Source: Azolla caroliniana
Lineage: Eukaryota; Plantae; Polypodiophyta
Direction of reading: 5' to 3'
NCBI GenBank assembly: GCA_043228905.1
Contig: JBHGNT010000014.1
Span: 9,920,001-9,984,000 of the forward strand
Length of the DNA: 64,000 nucleotides
A model generated the notes under the pieces. The model had not been told where the DNA came from. It did not search any database and was given only the letters and a program-made list of their open reading frames with translations. The first letter of the stretch is position 1, and each line of letters opens with the position of its first letter. Below are positions 12,183 to 24,331 of the stretch, in pieces. Position numbers and translations under genes: made by a program.

Positions 12183-14800
12183 AAAGTAAAAGACGAAATA
12201 GATAAATTACTACGCGTAGGATTCATCCGAAAGGTAAAAAGGGCCACATGGCTAAGTCTTATTGTGGTCGTCCCGAAAAAGAATGGACAAATCTGGGTTT
12301 CCTTGGATTACCGGAAACTTAACGCCGCTACGGTCATGGATGCCTTTCCACTCCCATTCATCAACAACATCCTTGATACGGTGGCCGATCATGATTGTTA
12401 TAGCTTTCTCGACGGTTTCAGTGGCTATAATCAAATTCAAATGAACCTAGATGATCAGGAGAAAACAACATTCGTAACAGAGTGGGGTGTATTCGTAGCC
12501 GTGGTTATAATGTTCGGCTTGAAAACAGCCCCCCCCACATTTCAACGCATCATCTCTGAAATCTTCGAGGACTTCATTCCAGCCTTTATGCAAGTCTTCC
12601 TTGATGATTTTGCCGTTTATGGACAACACGCGGAACACCTTGCGCAATTACGATTATGCCTCGAGAGATGTCGGCACGCACGACTCAGCCTCAATCCGGC
12701 CAAATGTGCTTTCCAAGTGGCAAGCAGAGCTTTACTAGTCACATTGTTAGTAACGAGGGTATCGCTAGTAAAGTGCAAGCCATCTTGAATGCCTCGACCC
12801 CCACCACGTCCAAAGCACTCAGTCGATTTCTAGGCCAAATACGGTGGCATAGTCATATGCTCCGATACCTTGCCGATTCCACAACCCCTTTACACACAAT
12901 AGTCCATACGGTGCCCTTTCGATGGACAGAACGAGAGGACATGTCATACCAATCACTGAAAGTCATGTTGTCCCAAGCCCCAGTAGTCCAACCCTCAGAT
13001 TGGACAGAGCCCTTTCATGTATTCGTGGACACATCCGATATCGCGATCGGTAGTGCTTTAATGCAAAAAACCCCACCAAATTGGTATCGCCCAGTCTACT
13101 ACGCCAACCGCCGACTCTCGACAGCAGAAAGGAATTACTCCACCACGGAACGAGAAGCACTCAACATGGCATATAGCATTACGAAATTTTGGCACTATCT
13201 GCTCGATCGAAAATTCACGTTCCACGTAGATCATTCGGCACTACTTTACCTTGTAAATAAGCAAGCTTTGACTGGTCGGTTAGCACGATGGATGTTGCTC
13301 CTTCAGGAGTTCGATTTCGAGATTCAACACTGACTAGGAGTTCAACACGCGATTGCCGACTATCTTAGCCGCTTGGACACGGGAGAACCGCCAGACCAGG
13401 AATACAGTGACTTACCGGATGTTGCCCTATTCTCCATCGACACAACACCCATAGAGTCTGATCCTAATGACGCTTGGATCGCCGAAATGACACAATTCGT
13501 AAGTACGGGACTTCCCCCGAACCACGTCACAATTAACGCTCGAAAATGGTTAGAAGTCTGAAGCCGTAATTTTTGTCTATTCACGAATACGCTGTATCAC
13601 AAAGCCTCGGATGGCATTTGGAGGTGCGTCGTTCAACAATTTGAGAAAGACACCATATTTCGGGAAGCTCACCACAGAATCGTGGGCGGGCATTATGCAA
13701 GCGACACCACAACCAGAAAAATCTAGCAGAGTGGGCTTTGGTGGCTGACCACGAAAAAGGATGCTCACGATTTTTGTAAACAATGTGATCTCTGTCAACA
13801 GATGGGACAACCAAATGAGCGCGACCGCATGCCTCACAAGCCGATCCTTCCCTTGGAACCATTCCAAAAATGGGGTTTGGATTTTGTAAGCCCTTTTAAA
13901 CCCCTCGCAACACACACCGGAAACAAATATATACTAGTAGCAACCGATTATTGTACGAAATGGGTCGAAGCAAAAGCGCTTCAAGATAACACGATAGCAT
14001 CACCCGCAAAATTTTACGAAAATTTATGGTGCCATTTCGGTTGTCCAATTGAGCTAGTAAGTGATCAAGGAGGACACTTCGTCAATCGTCTCATACGCGA
14101 ATTAACCTCCCACTATGCCATCGTACACAAGAAAAGCACCCCATACTACCCCCAAGTTAATGGTCTTGCCGAATCTACAAATAAAACCCTTCAGACCATT
14201 CTTAAGAAAATTGTCAATGAGAATCACATGGATTGGGATGATAAATTACACAGTGCTTTATGGGCTTATTGCACGACCTATAAAACCAGTATCGGCTCAA
14301 CGCCTTTTCGGCTGGCTTTCGGATTAGAAGTCGTAATACCCAACTTACGATTGCAAATAGCTGAACGATTACCGGAATCAGAATCCGAACACCAGCATTT
14401 GGTCCAATTGCTTGAACTCGGAGAACAACGAATTACCAGTTTGGCTCAATTGGAGCACGACCAGAGACGAAGGAAAGCCTTCGTTGACAGACATTGTCAG
14501 ATACTGGACAAAACTTTTGAAAATTGGCAGCCGGTCCTGGTTTTCCAAACAAAACTCGGGGCTATGCCCAACAAGCTTCAATTCCGGTGGACAGGGCCTT
14601 TCTGGATCATCGACACGTACAACGACACCTTTCAACTCGGCACACTGGCCGACGAAGCGCTACCACATTGGGTCAACGGGTTTCGCTTGAAACGATACCG
14701 TGGAACGACACCACCTAACCCCTTTACCAAACGACAACACATTTTCGACCAAACGATGGTAGGTGGAACAAAATATTACGAGGGCATCACGCCTCGATGA
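12183..14800 (+). pseudogene. Gypsy pol: RT, RNase H, integrase (disrupted)
   Basis: ORF pieces 11958..12788, 12656..13333, 13802..14800 carry RT/RH/INT motifs separated by stops and frameshifts. Confidence 0.93.
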
Positions 14801-15173
14801 TGGTAACAACCCTACCTACCGTCCACGTGTACAATATTATTATGGGGGATAAAAAAGGATCCACTCACTATTTAAAGATGAGGTACGATGTTCGAGAAAA
14901 GCAAGTACAAACGGTTCACACGACGCGTGGCCCTTAACTCTCAGTATGATAGGCAAGATTATGAATCTAGGGCACAAGGGCACGACTTGGGAAGCAAGGC
15001 ATCCACACAAAAGCATCACCAACAGCCAGAGCTACTGCACTTGCAAGAACTCTCAAGCTTTCTCTCCTTCTACGCAGAACTACTCTCACTCCCCTACTCT
15101 GTCTAACCAAGCTTTCTCTCGTTCTCCATCTCCATAGCCTTCTCCCTATCTAACTGACTCTCTAGCCATCACC

Positions 15174-16150
15174 ATGCCGCTCGAAGTATCTAAAGAACTC
15201 TGCACCTGGATATGTAGACACGGCCTCTCAGGATATCTCAACGTCCTTGACGCACCTCCCCACCCAGAGGCTCAGGCCATCGCTAGAAGGATCCACCCCG
15301 ACACCATCTCCAACAACATGATCCGTGCAACGCTTCATTTGCAGGGGGACTGGGGGAGGGGGTGAGCACGATATTGACGCGCCGCCTCAACACAAATTGG
15401 AGCAACACTTCGGAGAGTATTTCGTCTCAGCAAAAGCCCATCGCACGCATGATGGCCCCAATGAGTTTTTTGGGAACCTTGCCCACCTCCTCCTCAAATA
15501 CGCATGCGTTCACGCCAACCCCTACAACATGCCGAAGAAGAAGGTAGGGCTGATTATTACGGCCTACCGTGGTGGAGTCATTGATTGGGGGATCATCACC
15601 GGTGAAGGTGTCCGAAGCCCCAACACTTCTTTTCAATCGGGGAAACGACTTTTACCCGTACTAGCACAATACACTGTTGTGCTATACCCTCCCCAAGCAC
15701 AACCGCCACGACAGACATTGGCGCTCCCTGCTCCACCCCCTAGGGCTAAACAACAACGAACGTTGCAGTTGTTGCATGAAGAGTGGCAAGATGACGATAC
15801 CCAAGTCCTCTCCACAACCCAAGACGAGCAAAACACCGAAGACGGGGACAACATCACTATATGCAGTCGTGATAAGACGGCACGGGCAATACCCTCACCT
15901 CGCCCGACACCGCACTCAAAACCAACCAAAAAGGCCGAACAACCAAAGCCTGTTCCAAAGGTTCCACACATAGTGGAAACCCAACCAAAAAAAGGACCAC
16001 GATGTACAAGCATCCCAAGAGGCAGATCCGGCCGCAAAACGCCGTCGCACGAACATTAGTAGCATCACGCAGAGCACGGATGAAACGATAGGAGCCAACA
16101 TACAATTGGTCATCGTGCTGAAGGAGCCTCCCGCAATCGTGACAACCACC
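15174..16150 (+). pseudogene. Extra ORF downstream of gypsy pol, function unknown (frameshifted, truncated)
   Basis: 15174..15365 plus 15325..16059 align with 56280-56819 of the second gypsy (HGLSGYL..APPH vs HGLGGFL..APPH; MPKKKVGLIITAYRG..IDW vs MPKNKAGVILATYTG..VDW). Confidence 0.8.
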
Positions 16151-16771
16151 AAACTCTAAACCCTAAACCCAAACGAGATGGAAATATTGTTCCAATTTTT
16201 ACGTTATTGGGGTCTACAACACAATTGGAATATGCGTAATGCTTTCATGTTTGATAATAGACATGGGGTGAAAGCCTATATAAAGAAGCTTAAAGCTATT
16301 CCCATGTGGAATTTTTGGATGTTAGAGCATGTGGGGATCATTTCCTCAAATGCATATTCAGGTTTTTTAGTAGCATTACAGAACGTCCCTCTCCCTACAT
16401 AGGCATATGATAGGTAGCGGAGACTAAGAAGTCTTGTAACTAAGTGGATTTTAACAGAGAGAGAGAGTTTTTTTACATTGCCATAGAGATCGTCACGGGA
16501 AGTTTGGAGGCTACGGACAACTCCCCTCCCTCCCCTCTTCAATATACATACATAGAAGTAATTGGGATTTATTTATTTATTCATTTATACAACACAACTA
16601 TAGACAAGAATTTGGAAACTTATGTTAGGGGAGAGGGGTATTCTAGTAAATATCCAGAATTAAGCTTGGAGGAGGTGGGTGGGGGGGGGGGGTATGGTGG
16701 TAATTATGTAAAACCTTTCACTCGCTTCTTCTCTATTTTCTTCTGTGTTTTGAGAGAAGAGACCGAGAAGA

Positions 16772-16840
16772 ATGTCAGGAGGCATCGCTCGCGGACGTCT
16801 CTCAGAGGAGAGAAAAGCATGGCGAAAGAACCATCCGCAC
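16772..16840 (+). CDS. SCE1: SCE1 exon 1
   Basis: ATG 16772; [23 protein letters not shown]; GT donor 16841. Confidence 0.96.
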
Positions 16841-19800
16841 GTAACTCTCTTTCTCTTTTTATCTTCTAAAGTGACATCGTTGATGCTTCCTCTTTTATTG
16901 AACTAACTTATCTTATGCATTCTACTTCAAATGAACTAATCTGATGCACTATTTCTAATGGATTAACCTGCTGCATTTTTTTTTTCAAATGAGCTATTTT
17001 GAAGGATCTTTTTTAATAATACCCAACGTGATTGCTTCGTTTCCCATGACCTAATTTTATTCTTCTTTTCTCAATGACCTAGGGTTGGATGCGTTACTTT
17101 AGAATGAACTAAATGAACTAGTTAGTTAGATGCATTATTCTCACGTGAACTAACACTTGATGCATTCTTTTCAAACGAACTTATGTGATGCATTCTTTTC
17201 AAATCACTCAATTTGATGCATTCTCTCAAAAAATGATGTATTTGATGCATTCTTTCGTCGTGAACATGTTTGATGTATTCATTTCAAATGAATAAATCAA
17301 TGCATACTGTAAGTGAACATTTTCTGTATTATTTAGGGTTTTGTTGCTCGTCCCGAGTCTCAACCAGATGGAAATATGAATTTGATGCTCTGGCAGTGCA
17401 ACATCCCTGGTAAAATTGGGGTAAGTTTGAAGGATACGAGAACTACATAGTTTGCTCTCTTTGATGTTCTCCAAAAATTCTTCTCTGAAGTTTAATTTTC
17501 AAGATGTTTGAGGAAATGAATAGAAGGCTAGTTCTCACAACAGCTGACTACACAGTTCATGCAAAAGGAAATTTTAATTATGTTCAAATTATGTTTTTGG
17601 AATTCTCTTTTATTATTAAATTTTTTTAGTATTCTTTTATGTCATTTGGTACCCCAAAGTGGAACATAATGGATACTGTAATGTCCCGTATGGTGTGTTT
17701 GTCCTCCAAAGAATATAAGTATAACTTTCTTTCGCTCTTCTTAAAAAGTGTCGTGCTATTTAAAATGGAAGTGCTGAAAAAGCATCAAGGACATGATCTC
17801 TTGTGGAAAGACTGATGGAAATGAAGATTAATTCTAGAAAAACTCTTGTAATCATGGCTAAAATAAATGTCCAGATGTGCTGAGCATGTGGATATTGAAT
17901 AACCAAAAAAACAATGAACCATATTCTGAGATGGATTGTGCAAGCAGACACATTCCAGTGCATGGAAGGCATGGAAAATATGATATATTGTGCAGCAACC
18001 CATTGAAATAGAGGTACGATCGATAGAAATGCTTGCCATCAAGCCCATATGGCTAAACTAAATGTCTGTCAAGCAATTGGGCATCAAAGAAAACCTTGAA
18101 CCATTTCCTTAGATGCAATTGTGTAAAAGAAACACATACCTTCCCAACAAAATCTTTAGCTTTAAAATGAGTTTGAGAGCGTTGTTTGATATCCAACATT
18201 TCTTCCGATCACCTATCCGATGTATTTATTCTCCTTGTCTTTTGAGACAACTGATAATATGCCTTTTAGTTCATCTCAAACAAAGGTATTGAGTTTGAGA
18301 AGGGATGTAAAAGGTATCTCTCAACTACAATTGCAAGTCATACGCACACAAACACTGTCTATGTTGACAGGTTTAATTGTGCATTGTAAAGTGGTACTTC
18401 CTATGATTGGAGTACAAATCTGATTAAACCTTTTACATAATGGGTGAGACATGAATAATGCAAACAACTATCCTACAACATGATTTGTTCTGTTATGGAA
18501 AAGTTATTTGGATGAGTAATGAAAGGAATACGAAGTACGTGAGTTGGAAAGAATGGTAAGAGGATGTACAGACAAGTGGGTTTTCGAAAACACAATAGCA
18601 CCATCAATCACCTTTTCACTCTTTGAGTGCTTATGGTGGAACATTGTTTGAAAGGCAAAGGATTATATTGCTGCATTGTAGATTTTAAGAAATCTTTTGA
18701 TATGGTGTCTCAGCGGAATCTTTGGAGATGCATGGAAGAACTCTAAGTACCACATGAATATATGGTAGTGTCTTGACACCACCTTGTTATCTCGAAGGAG
18801 GTGAACTCATGGCCATATTAAAGTGGTCTCACATGTTTTCCACTTGGAAGTGGAGAGAGTTGATTATATCCTTGGGACAAGGGATGCCACCCAAATCATC
18901 AAAACCTTCATCATTCCACCCTGCTCGATTGATCACAAAAACACTTATCATTCTAAAACCGTCTCCAACACACCATCACCACTATCTTCAACGTCATCAC
19001 CAAGCTCGGCCCACATAGAATCATTTACTTTACCCATGAATTAGCACACACTTAGTCATCATGTACAAGAACTCCACCATCTAGATCCAAACCCAGCCGT
19101 TGATGCCCACACCTCTCAACTCTCTGTTATATTCCAAACTCTGCCATCAATAGTTTTCCGTACCACACACCTATCATTCTAAAACCGTCTCCAACACACA
19201 AACAGACCATCACCACTATCTTCAACGTCATCACGAAGCTCGGCCCACATAGAATCATTTACTTTACCCATGAATTAGCACACACTTAAGTCAACATGTA
19301 CAAGAACTCCACCATCTAGATCCAAACCCAGCCCTTGATGCTTTCACCTCTCAACTCCCTATTATATTCCAAACTCTGCCATCAATAGTTTTCCTTACCA
19401 CACACCATGTGGATGTCACATTCGTGGAATCATGCCCCAAAATTGTCGGTATGATGAGGAAACTAAAGAGATGTATTAGCAACTTTGTACAAATGTGAGC
19501 CCCGGATATATTAGACAACAAAAATAACTAGCAACCAAAGGAGAACTGTTACCTACCAAAAAAAGTGCGCTTACGAGGAAGCTGGATTTTGGGATTTATA
19601 CCACCTCTTCATGATGCATCAGAGAACCATAAAGGTTAACTTTGGTTTTCATGATTCTCATTCTTCTCTTTCACTCACTAACTTGTGCTATAAAGGTTAA
19701 TATATCATCATCATCATCATAGGAGTTTTTATACATGTTTTCCAGTATTGGAAACTTTCCTTTTGGCCATTCTTTTTTCCTCCTGTTGTGATTCTCTTAC

Positions 19801-21582
19801 TTTGTCTATTCATAAGTTCAAACGCTTATTTGTCAATTCAGTACAAGTAACAAATTCAGAGTCTAAGAAGGCTAAAGTAAGTAATACAATCACAAATAAA
19901 ACTGATGGTGATTTTGGTTCATATATCATCTTTACAAAAAAACAAGGTTTGTTTTTGAGATCCAAATAGATCTAAAGCTTCTTATTCGGATAGAGACTTT
20001 CTACTTTAGATGCTACTTTCCCATATCTAGATAAGGTGAAGTTTTGGGTGCACGTAATGCTCAAAAAAATTTGCCTCATTCCTTAGTAGTTTTAAGATGT
20101 TGAATCCATAAGGCGTTTAATTACTCAGATTTTGGAAGAAGAGAGCTTGGTTTAAGACGTTGAAGCCATAAGGCGTTTAATTACTCAGATTTTGGAAGAA
20201 GAGAGCTTGAATACATTATTGCTATCAATTGTTTTATTTGGTGTATGCGTTTATTTATAATATAGATGAAATGCTTCTTACAGACTGATTGGGAGGGTGG
20301 GTTCTTTCCCCTTGCAATCCATTTCAGTGAAGACTACCCAAGCAAACCTCCGAAGTGCAAGTTTCCACAGGGATTCTTTCATCCAAATGTGTACCCTTCA
20401 GGGACAGTGTGTTTATCAATCCTCAATGAAGATTCTGTAAGCAATCATGTTTAAAAATGGATTTTAATATGCTCAAAACTCTTTAAGCATTCCCTGTAAG
20501 AGGCAATCTGTTGTTTTTGAAAGCTTAGTCTGAAGATTCTCTTACAACCAATGAAAAGTAATCTAATTTTCCAGCCTCTTAATTTTAAAGCTTTCCCTTT
20601 AGAAAGGTGACATGATATTTATAGCCTTTTACTAATCTATTGTGTTTTGAAAACTAAGTCTCAAAAGCTTTACAACTCTATTTATTTCCTCTTTGATAAT
20701 TGATCTCCCTTTACAAAGATGCTGATCGTTCTCATGAATATTTAGAGCTTATTACTAATCTTTTATCCTCTTATGTTCATCGATCTCTCGAGTCTCTTTA
20801 CAAAGATGAAACCGTATTTATAGTTCTCATCAGTATTTATGGCTTGCTACTTACAAAACCTTCTCTCTCAATAATTCTCTCCACTAATTGTTTATGTATA
20901 TCCTCATTAGGCTATACTTGCAAAACAAAAAGGCAGTTATGCATCATTGTGCTATCTTTGCACATAAGGTCTTGTTTTCATAATTCCAGATGTTTTCTTG
21001 TCATAGGGATGGAGACCTGCTATCACTGTGAAACAAATACTTGTTGGTATTCAGGACCTCTTAGATGCACCGAATCCTGCTGATCCTGCCCAAACAGAAG
21101 GTTACCAGCTTTTCATTCAGGCAAGAAACATTTAAATATGGAATCTCTTATTTGATTGGTTCTGTTAAACTTATGAAAAAACTCCTTCCAAATACCATTT
21201 AGTTTTCTTTTATTTCCCTGCATGTGCCAACATTTTCGTTATCGCCCAGGTGAGCCATTGGTTGATCCCTAAAAAATAATAAAAAAGGGATGAATTGAGG
21301 CTACAAGTGCTCAAATTAAAAACTTGTACAATTGAGGAAATGAGAATGAATTGACCATACCAATAGCACATACAATTGCTTGAGATAGGTTGCAGAGGAA
21401 GGGTATCTGGAAACATGAGAACTTATTGACATTAGAGGAAATAGAGAAAAGCTCAGTTCTGCTGATTGCAAAGTTGCGGTTTGATTTTGACAAGTTTTTT
21501 CATTCCAATCTGAATGCAGGATCCTGTGGAGTACAAGAAAAGAGTGAAACAGCAAGCAAAGCTCTATCCGCCTCCTGTTTAG
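16772..21582 (+). CDS. SCE1: SUMO-conjugating enzyme E2 (SCE1/UBC9), 160 aa; join(16772..16840,17337..17420,20284..20436,21007..21120,21520..21582)
   Basis: Spliced translation [160 protein letters not shown]; HPN motif and catalytic Cys94; all introns phase 0; introns 1-3 GT-AG, intron 4 GC-AG. Confidence 0.97.
16881..17310 (+). repeat. Degenerate ~28-bp minisatellite in SCE1 intron 1
   Basis: Recurring TGATGCATTCTTTTCAAATGAACT-like units. Confidence 0.75.
17337..17420 (+). CDS. SCE1: SCE1 exon 2
   Basis: TTTAG acceptor; GFVARPE...IPGKIG; GTAAG donor. Confidence 0.96.
18300..18775 (+). mobile_element. Degenerate LINE (RTE-like) reverse transcriptase fragment in SCE1 intron 2
   Basis: Manual translation [19 protein letters not shown]...[15 protein letters not shown]...LW resembles the non-LTR RT QxGFR...DFxKAFD motifs; boundaries approximate. 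Confidence 0.75.
18941..19404 (+). repeat. ~230-bp tandem duplication in SCE1 intron 2
   Basis: TATCATTCTAAAACCGTCTCCAACACAC...TTTTCC(G/T)TACCACACA present twice head to tail. Confidence 0.9.
20090..20209 (+). repeat. 60-bp tandem duplication near the exon 3 acceptor
   Basis: TTTAAGA(T/C)GTTGAA(T/G)CCATAAGGCG...GAGAGCTTG twice. Confidence 0.9.
20284..20436 (+). CDS. SCE1: SCE1 exon 3 (catalytic Cys)
   Basis: CAG acceptor; TDWEGG...[19 protein letters not shown]; GTAAG donor. Confidence 0.97.
21007..21120 (+). CDS. SCE1: SCE1 exon 4
   Basis: TAG acceptor; [10 protein letters not shown]...YQLFIQ; GCAAG donor. Confidence 0.95.
21520..21582 (+). CDS. SCE1: SCE1 exon 5
   Basis: GCAG acceptor; [20 protein letters not shown]; TAG stop. 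Confidence 0.95.
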   Translation, partial: DPVEYKKRVKQQAKLYPPPV

Positions 21583-22244
21583 AATGGTTGGATGAGATTT
21601 TATGAACTTCCTGTGGACTCTATGCCTTTGTTGGGCGAAACCATTTGTATTATGTTAATCTTGTAATATATCTAGGTATATATTATGTATCTATAGCCAC
21701 TTAAAAAGAAAGGAAGAACAAAGTAATTATCTACTGAAGAAGTATGCTTCACTATATCATGATTTACATTTTTGATGGGAGGACAACGATTTTTCAAGAT
21801 TTTACTTGTTTTTTGGTTAACTTAGAGAATAGATTTGGGTAGGAGTTATGGGTAGGAGTTTGTCAAGTAGACCTTATTGTAGATACAAGTTGAACAAATT
21901 TATTATGATTAGGAGAGGTTTCAAACGAGGTTTCTCATTGAAGTAACTAGGTTGTGCATGGTTGGTGATTGTTGTTTTCTTCTAAAATGACATACAATTG
22001 TATCCTCCCATTATCTTACCAGATATTATCCATATGGAGTTATAAAATTACAAGCATGAGTCGATAACGAGCAAGTTAATAAATCATAAGGCTAACCATG
22101 ACCAACATGCTACCTTGTGAGCTCTAAATGTAAACAAGTTTGTGAAAAATCAAGGATATGGATATTTTCAGTAGGAGCGAGACACTTTATAGAGTCTTGA
22201 AGGATGTGTGTTAAAAATGTGGACTTTGATTGCACACATTGCAC

Positions 22245-22453
22245 TAGCAAATGGCAACGGTTTGCGAAACCGCGGTTTAAACGGTTTAACGGTTTTTAAT
22301 TTTTAATTAAAAAAAACAAATTTTAAAAAATTGTAAAAAAATCTAAAAAAAATTAAAAAATTGGTTTTAAACAATATTTTCATTTTTACACCTTATTCTC
22401 ACATTTTAGGAACATCACCGAACCAAACCAAACCAAACCATTGTCGATTGTTA
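22245..22453. mobile_element. hAT-like MITE (209 bp)
   Basis: 8-bp TSD CATTGCAC (22237-22244, 22454-22461); imperfect 19-bp TIRs TAGCAAATGGCAACGGTTT / AAACCATTGTCGATTGTTA; AACC/GGTT subterminal repeats; AT-rich core. Confidence 0.8.
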
Positions 22454-22849
22454 CATTGCACCACACACAAAGATAATGAGTCAAATGCAGAGGTAGAGGT
22501 AGAGTACTGCACATTTTGTCTTTTTTAAACCTATAGATATACATATATATGAAGGTTAAAGTGTGCTAAGGGTGCAATCATGCTCGTGCATTAATAAAAG
22601 GCATGATAGCCCTTTATTCCCAACAACCTCCACCTAAAAGTAGTGTACCTAAGGATAAACTATGTCCAAGAATGTACGAAGTTGAAACACATGGACTTGT
22701 CCAAGTCCCATCATTTGTTGGCAATGAGCAAACTGCTCTATTGGAAGATTTTGTGAGAAAATCGACAAGATTATCATTTGTATGCACTTGACAAGATCAA
22801 TGCTCTTACTATCATGCACAACTTTGATGGATTGATACTTCACTTGTAT

Positions 22850-23935
22850 GTGCTTTGTCTTGCATGAAAGACAATATTTCGTCTTAGCATGATAGCACTT
22901 TGATAGTCAGAATGAGGAATATGTAACTTTGAAATGACAAGATCTCCCACCAGACCATGAAATCCATAAATCCTCCTTGCATGCCACAATGGAAACTACG
23001 CACTTTGCCTTTGTAGTAGACTAGGTGAAACACTTTTGTAGTTCAGAGATCCGAGAGATTGATTATCCCGTAAGGTAAACAAACACCTAAAAGTGGACTT
23101 TATACAGTGCACATGACCAACATTATCTGCTTCCATGAAGCAAATGATAAAGCCTAATGCTTTCCAAAGCAAATGCACAGGTTCTTTATGCCTTTTAGAT
23201 ATCTCATAATATTTTTCACAACCTTCCGATGCTTTTTGTTAGAGTTTTGCAAGTAGCTATTAACCACTCCCATTGAGAAAGCAATGTTAGGACGTGAAGT
23301 AACCATAACATACATCAAATTGCCAACAATTGAAGCATATGGAATCTTGGGCATTTTAAATCTTTCATCATCAGATGTAAGGTTGTCTTCTACACTAAGT
23401 TTCAGATATGGAGGTAACAGAATCCTAATTGTTTCCCTTCCTCCATATTGAAATGCTGCAAAACCTTGGCGACATACTCCAATTGAGATAGAAAGAGTAA
23501 TCCGTTCAATTGATTTCTAATCATTCTCATGCTAAGAATGTGATTTGCATCATGACAATCCTTCATATCAAAGCTTCCATGAAGAGTTTGTTTCAATGAA
23601 TCCAAGGAAACAATATCCTTGCCTACAATAAGCATGGCATCAACATGCAAAACCAAAATAACTAGGTTGCCGTCTTGGTTTACAAGCCTCGATCTACTTG
23701 ACTTTTATGAAAAGATTGCATAAATGTTTCAAAATCATGATACCATTCTCTTGGTGCTTGTTCCAACCCATCCAAACTCCTTTTGAGCTTACATACCATC
23801 TTCTCTTTGCCTTTTTCCACAAACCCTTCAATCTATTGTGTGCATATATGTCTTTAACTAGATCATCATGTAAAAGAGTAGATTTTACATCCATTTGTAT
23901 ATGCTCCATATCTTCTCATCATGCAAAAGTAGTTT
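22850..23935 (-). pseudogene. Old copia RT/RNase H remnant
   Basis: QMDVKSTLLHDDL, LHVDAMLIVG..FDMKD, IPYASIVGNLMY; boundaries approximate. Confidence 0.85.
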
Positions 23936-24025
23936 ATTAAATTTTAATTTTGGATATATTATCCTGATTTTTTTCTCTCTAAAATTATTGCAATATGGGG
24001 GAATATGCACGTAATATGTGCTTTA

Positions 24026-24293
24026 TGTTGAGAATCGTGACCGACCACAACCTATTTCACGTTCTTATGTGGGTGCAAAGAAACAAGCGAAATAGATAGT
24101 ACACAGACAGAAAACTTAAAGGCAAAAATACAAGTTATTTAATGTGGAAAACCCGAACTGGGAAAAACCACGGGAGTCCTCAAACTCCGAACTAGATCAC
24201 TATAATGAGAGGAAGTACAATAAGAAACTTTGAGGTAACGACCTCAAGATCTTCTTCGTTTGACAAACAGACAGTAACAGAGTTACACACACT

Positions 24294-24331
<38 letters not shown>

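Larger units (their letters stand above)
1..16150 (+). mobile_element. Decayed Ty3/gypsy LTR retrotransposon (non-chromovirus, Athila/Tat-related, no extra RNase H seen), host to two nested copia insertions; 5' end outside the window, no 3' LTR found
   Basis: Protease region 12-818 (IIDGGLGVNVL, LLLGRPWL) continues after removing copia 819-6174 (NLGSP|SEPRTVKIAKDL) and copia 6396-12177 (MNPKYAA|KVKDEIDKLL). RT (DYRKLN, FLDGFSGYNQI, FLDDF), RNase H (VFVDTSD..ERNYSTTERE..VDH), integrase (KWGLDFV, SDQG, GPF motif) follow in gypsy order PR-RT-RH-INT. Confidence 0.92.

Noticed and set aside
16444-16869. 141-aa ORF overlapping SCE1 exon 1
   Set aside because: Different frame, non-ATG start, runs through poly-G; the SCE1 frame explains the region
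16881-17310. CRISPR-like appearance of ~28-bp repeats
   Set aside because: Units are degenerate and adjacent without unique spacers; eukaryotic intron; no cas genes
17760-18200. Possible transposase fragment in SCE1 intron 2
   Set aside because: No recognisable motif or termini by eye
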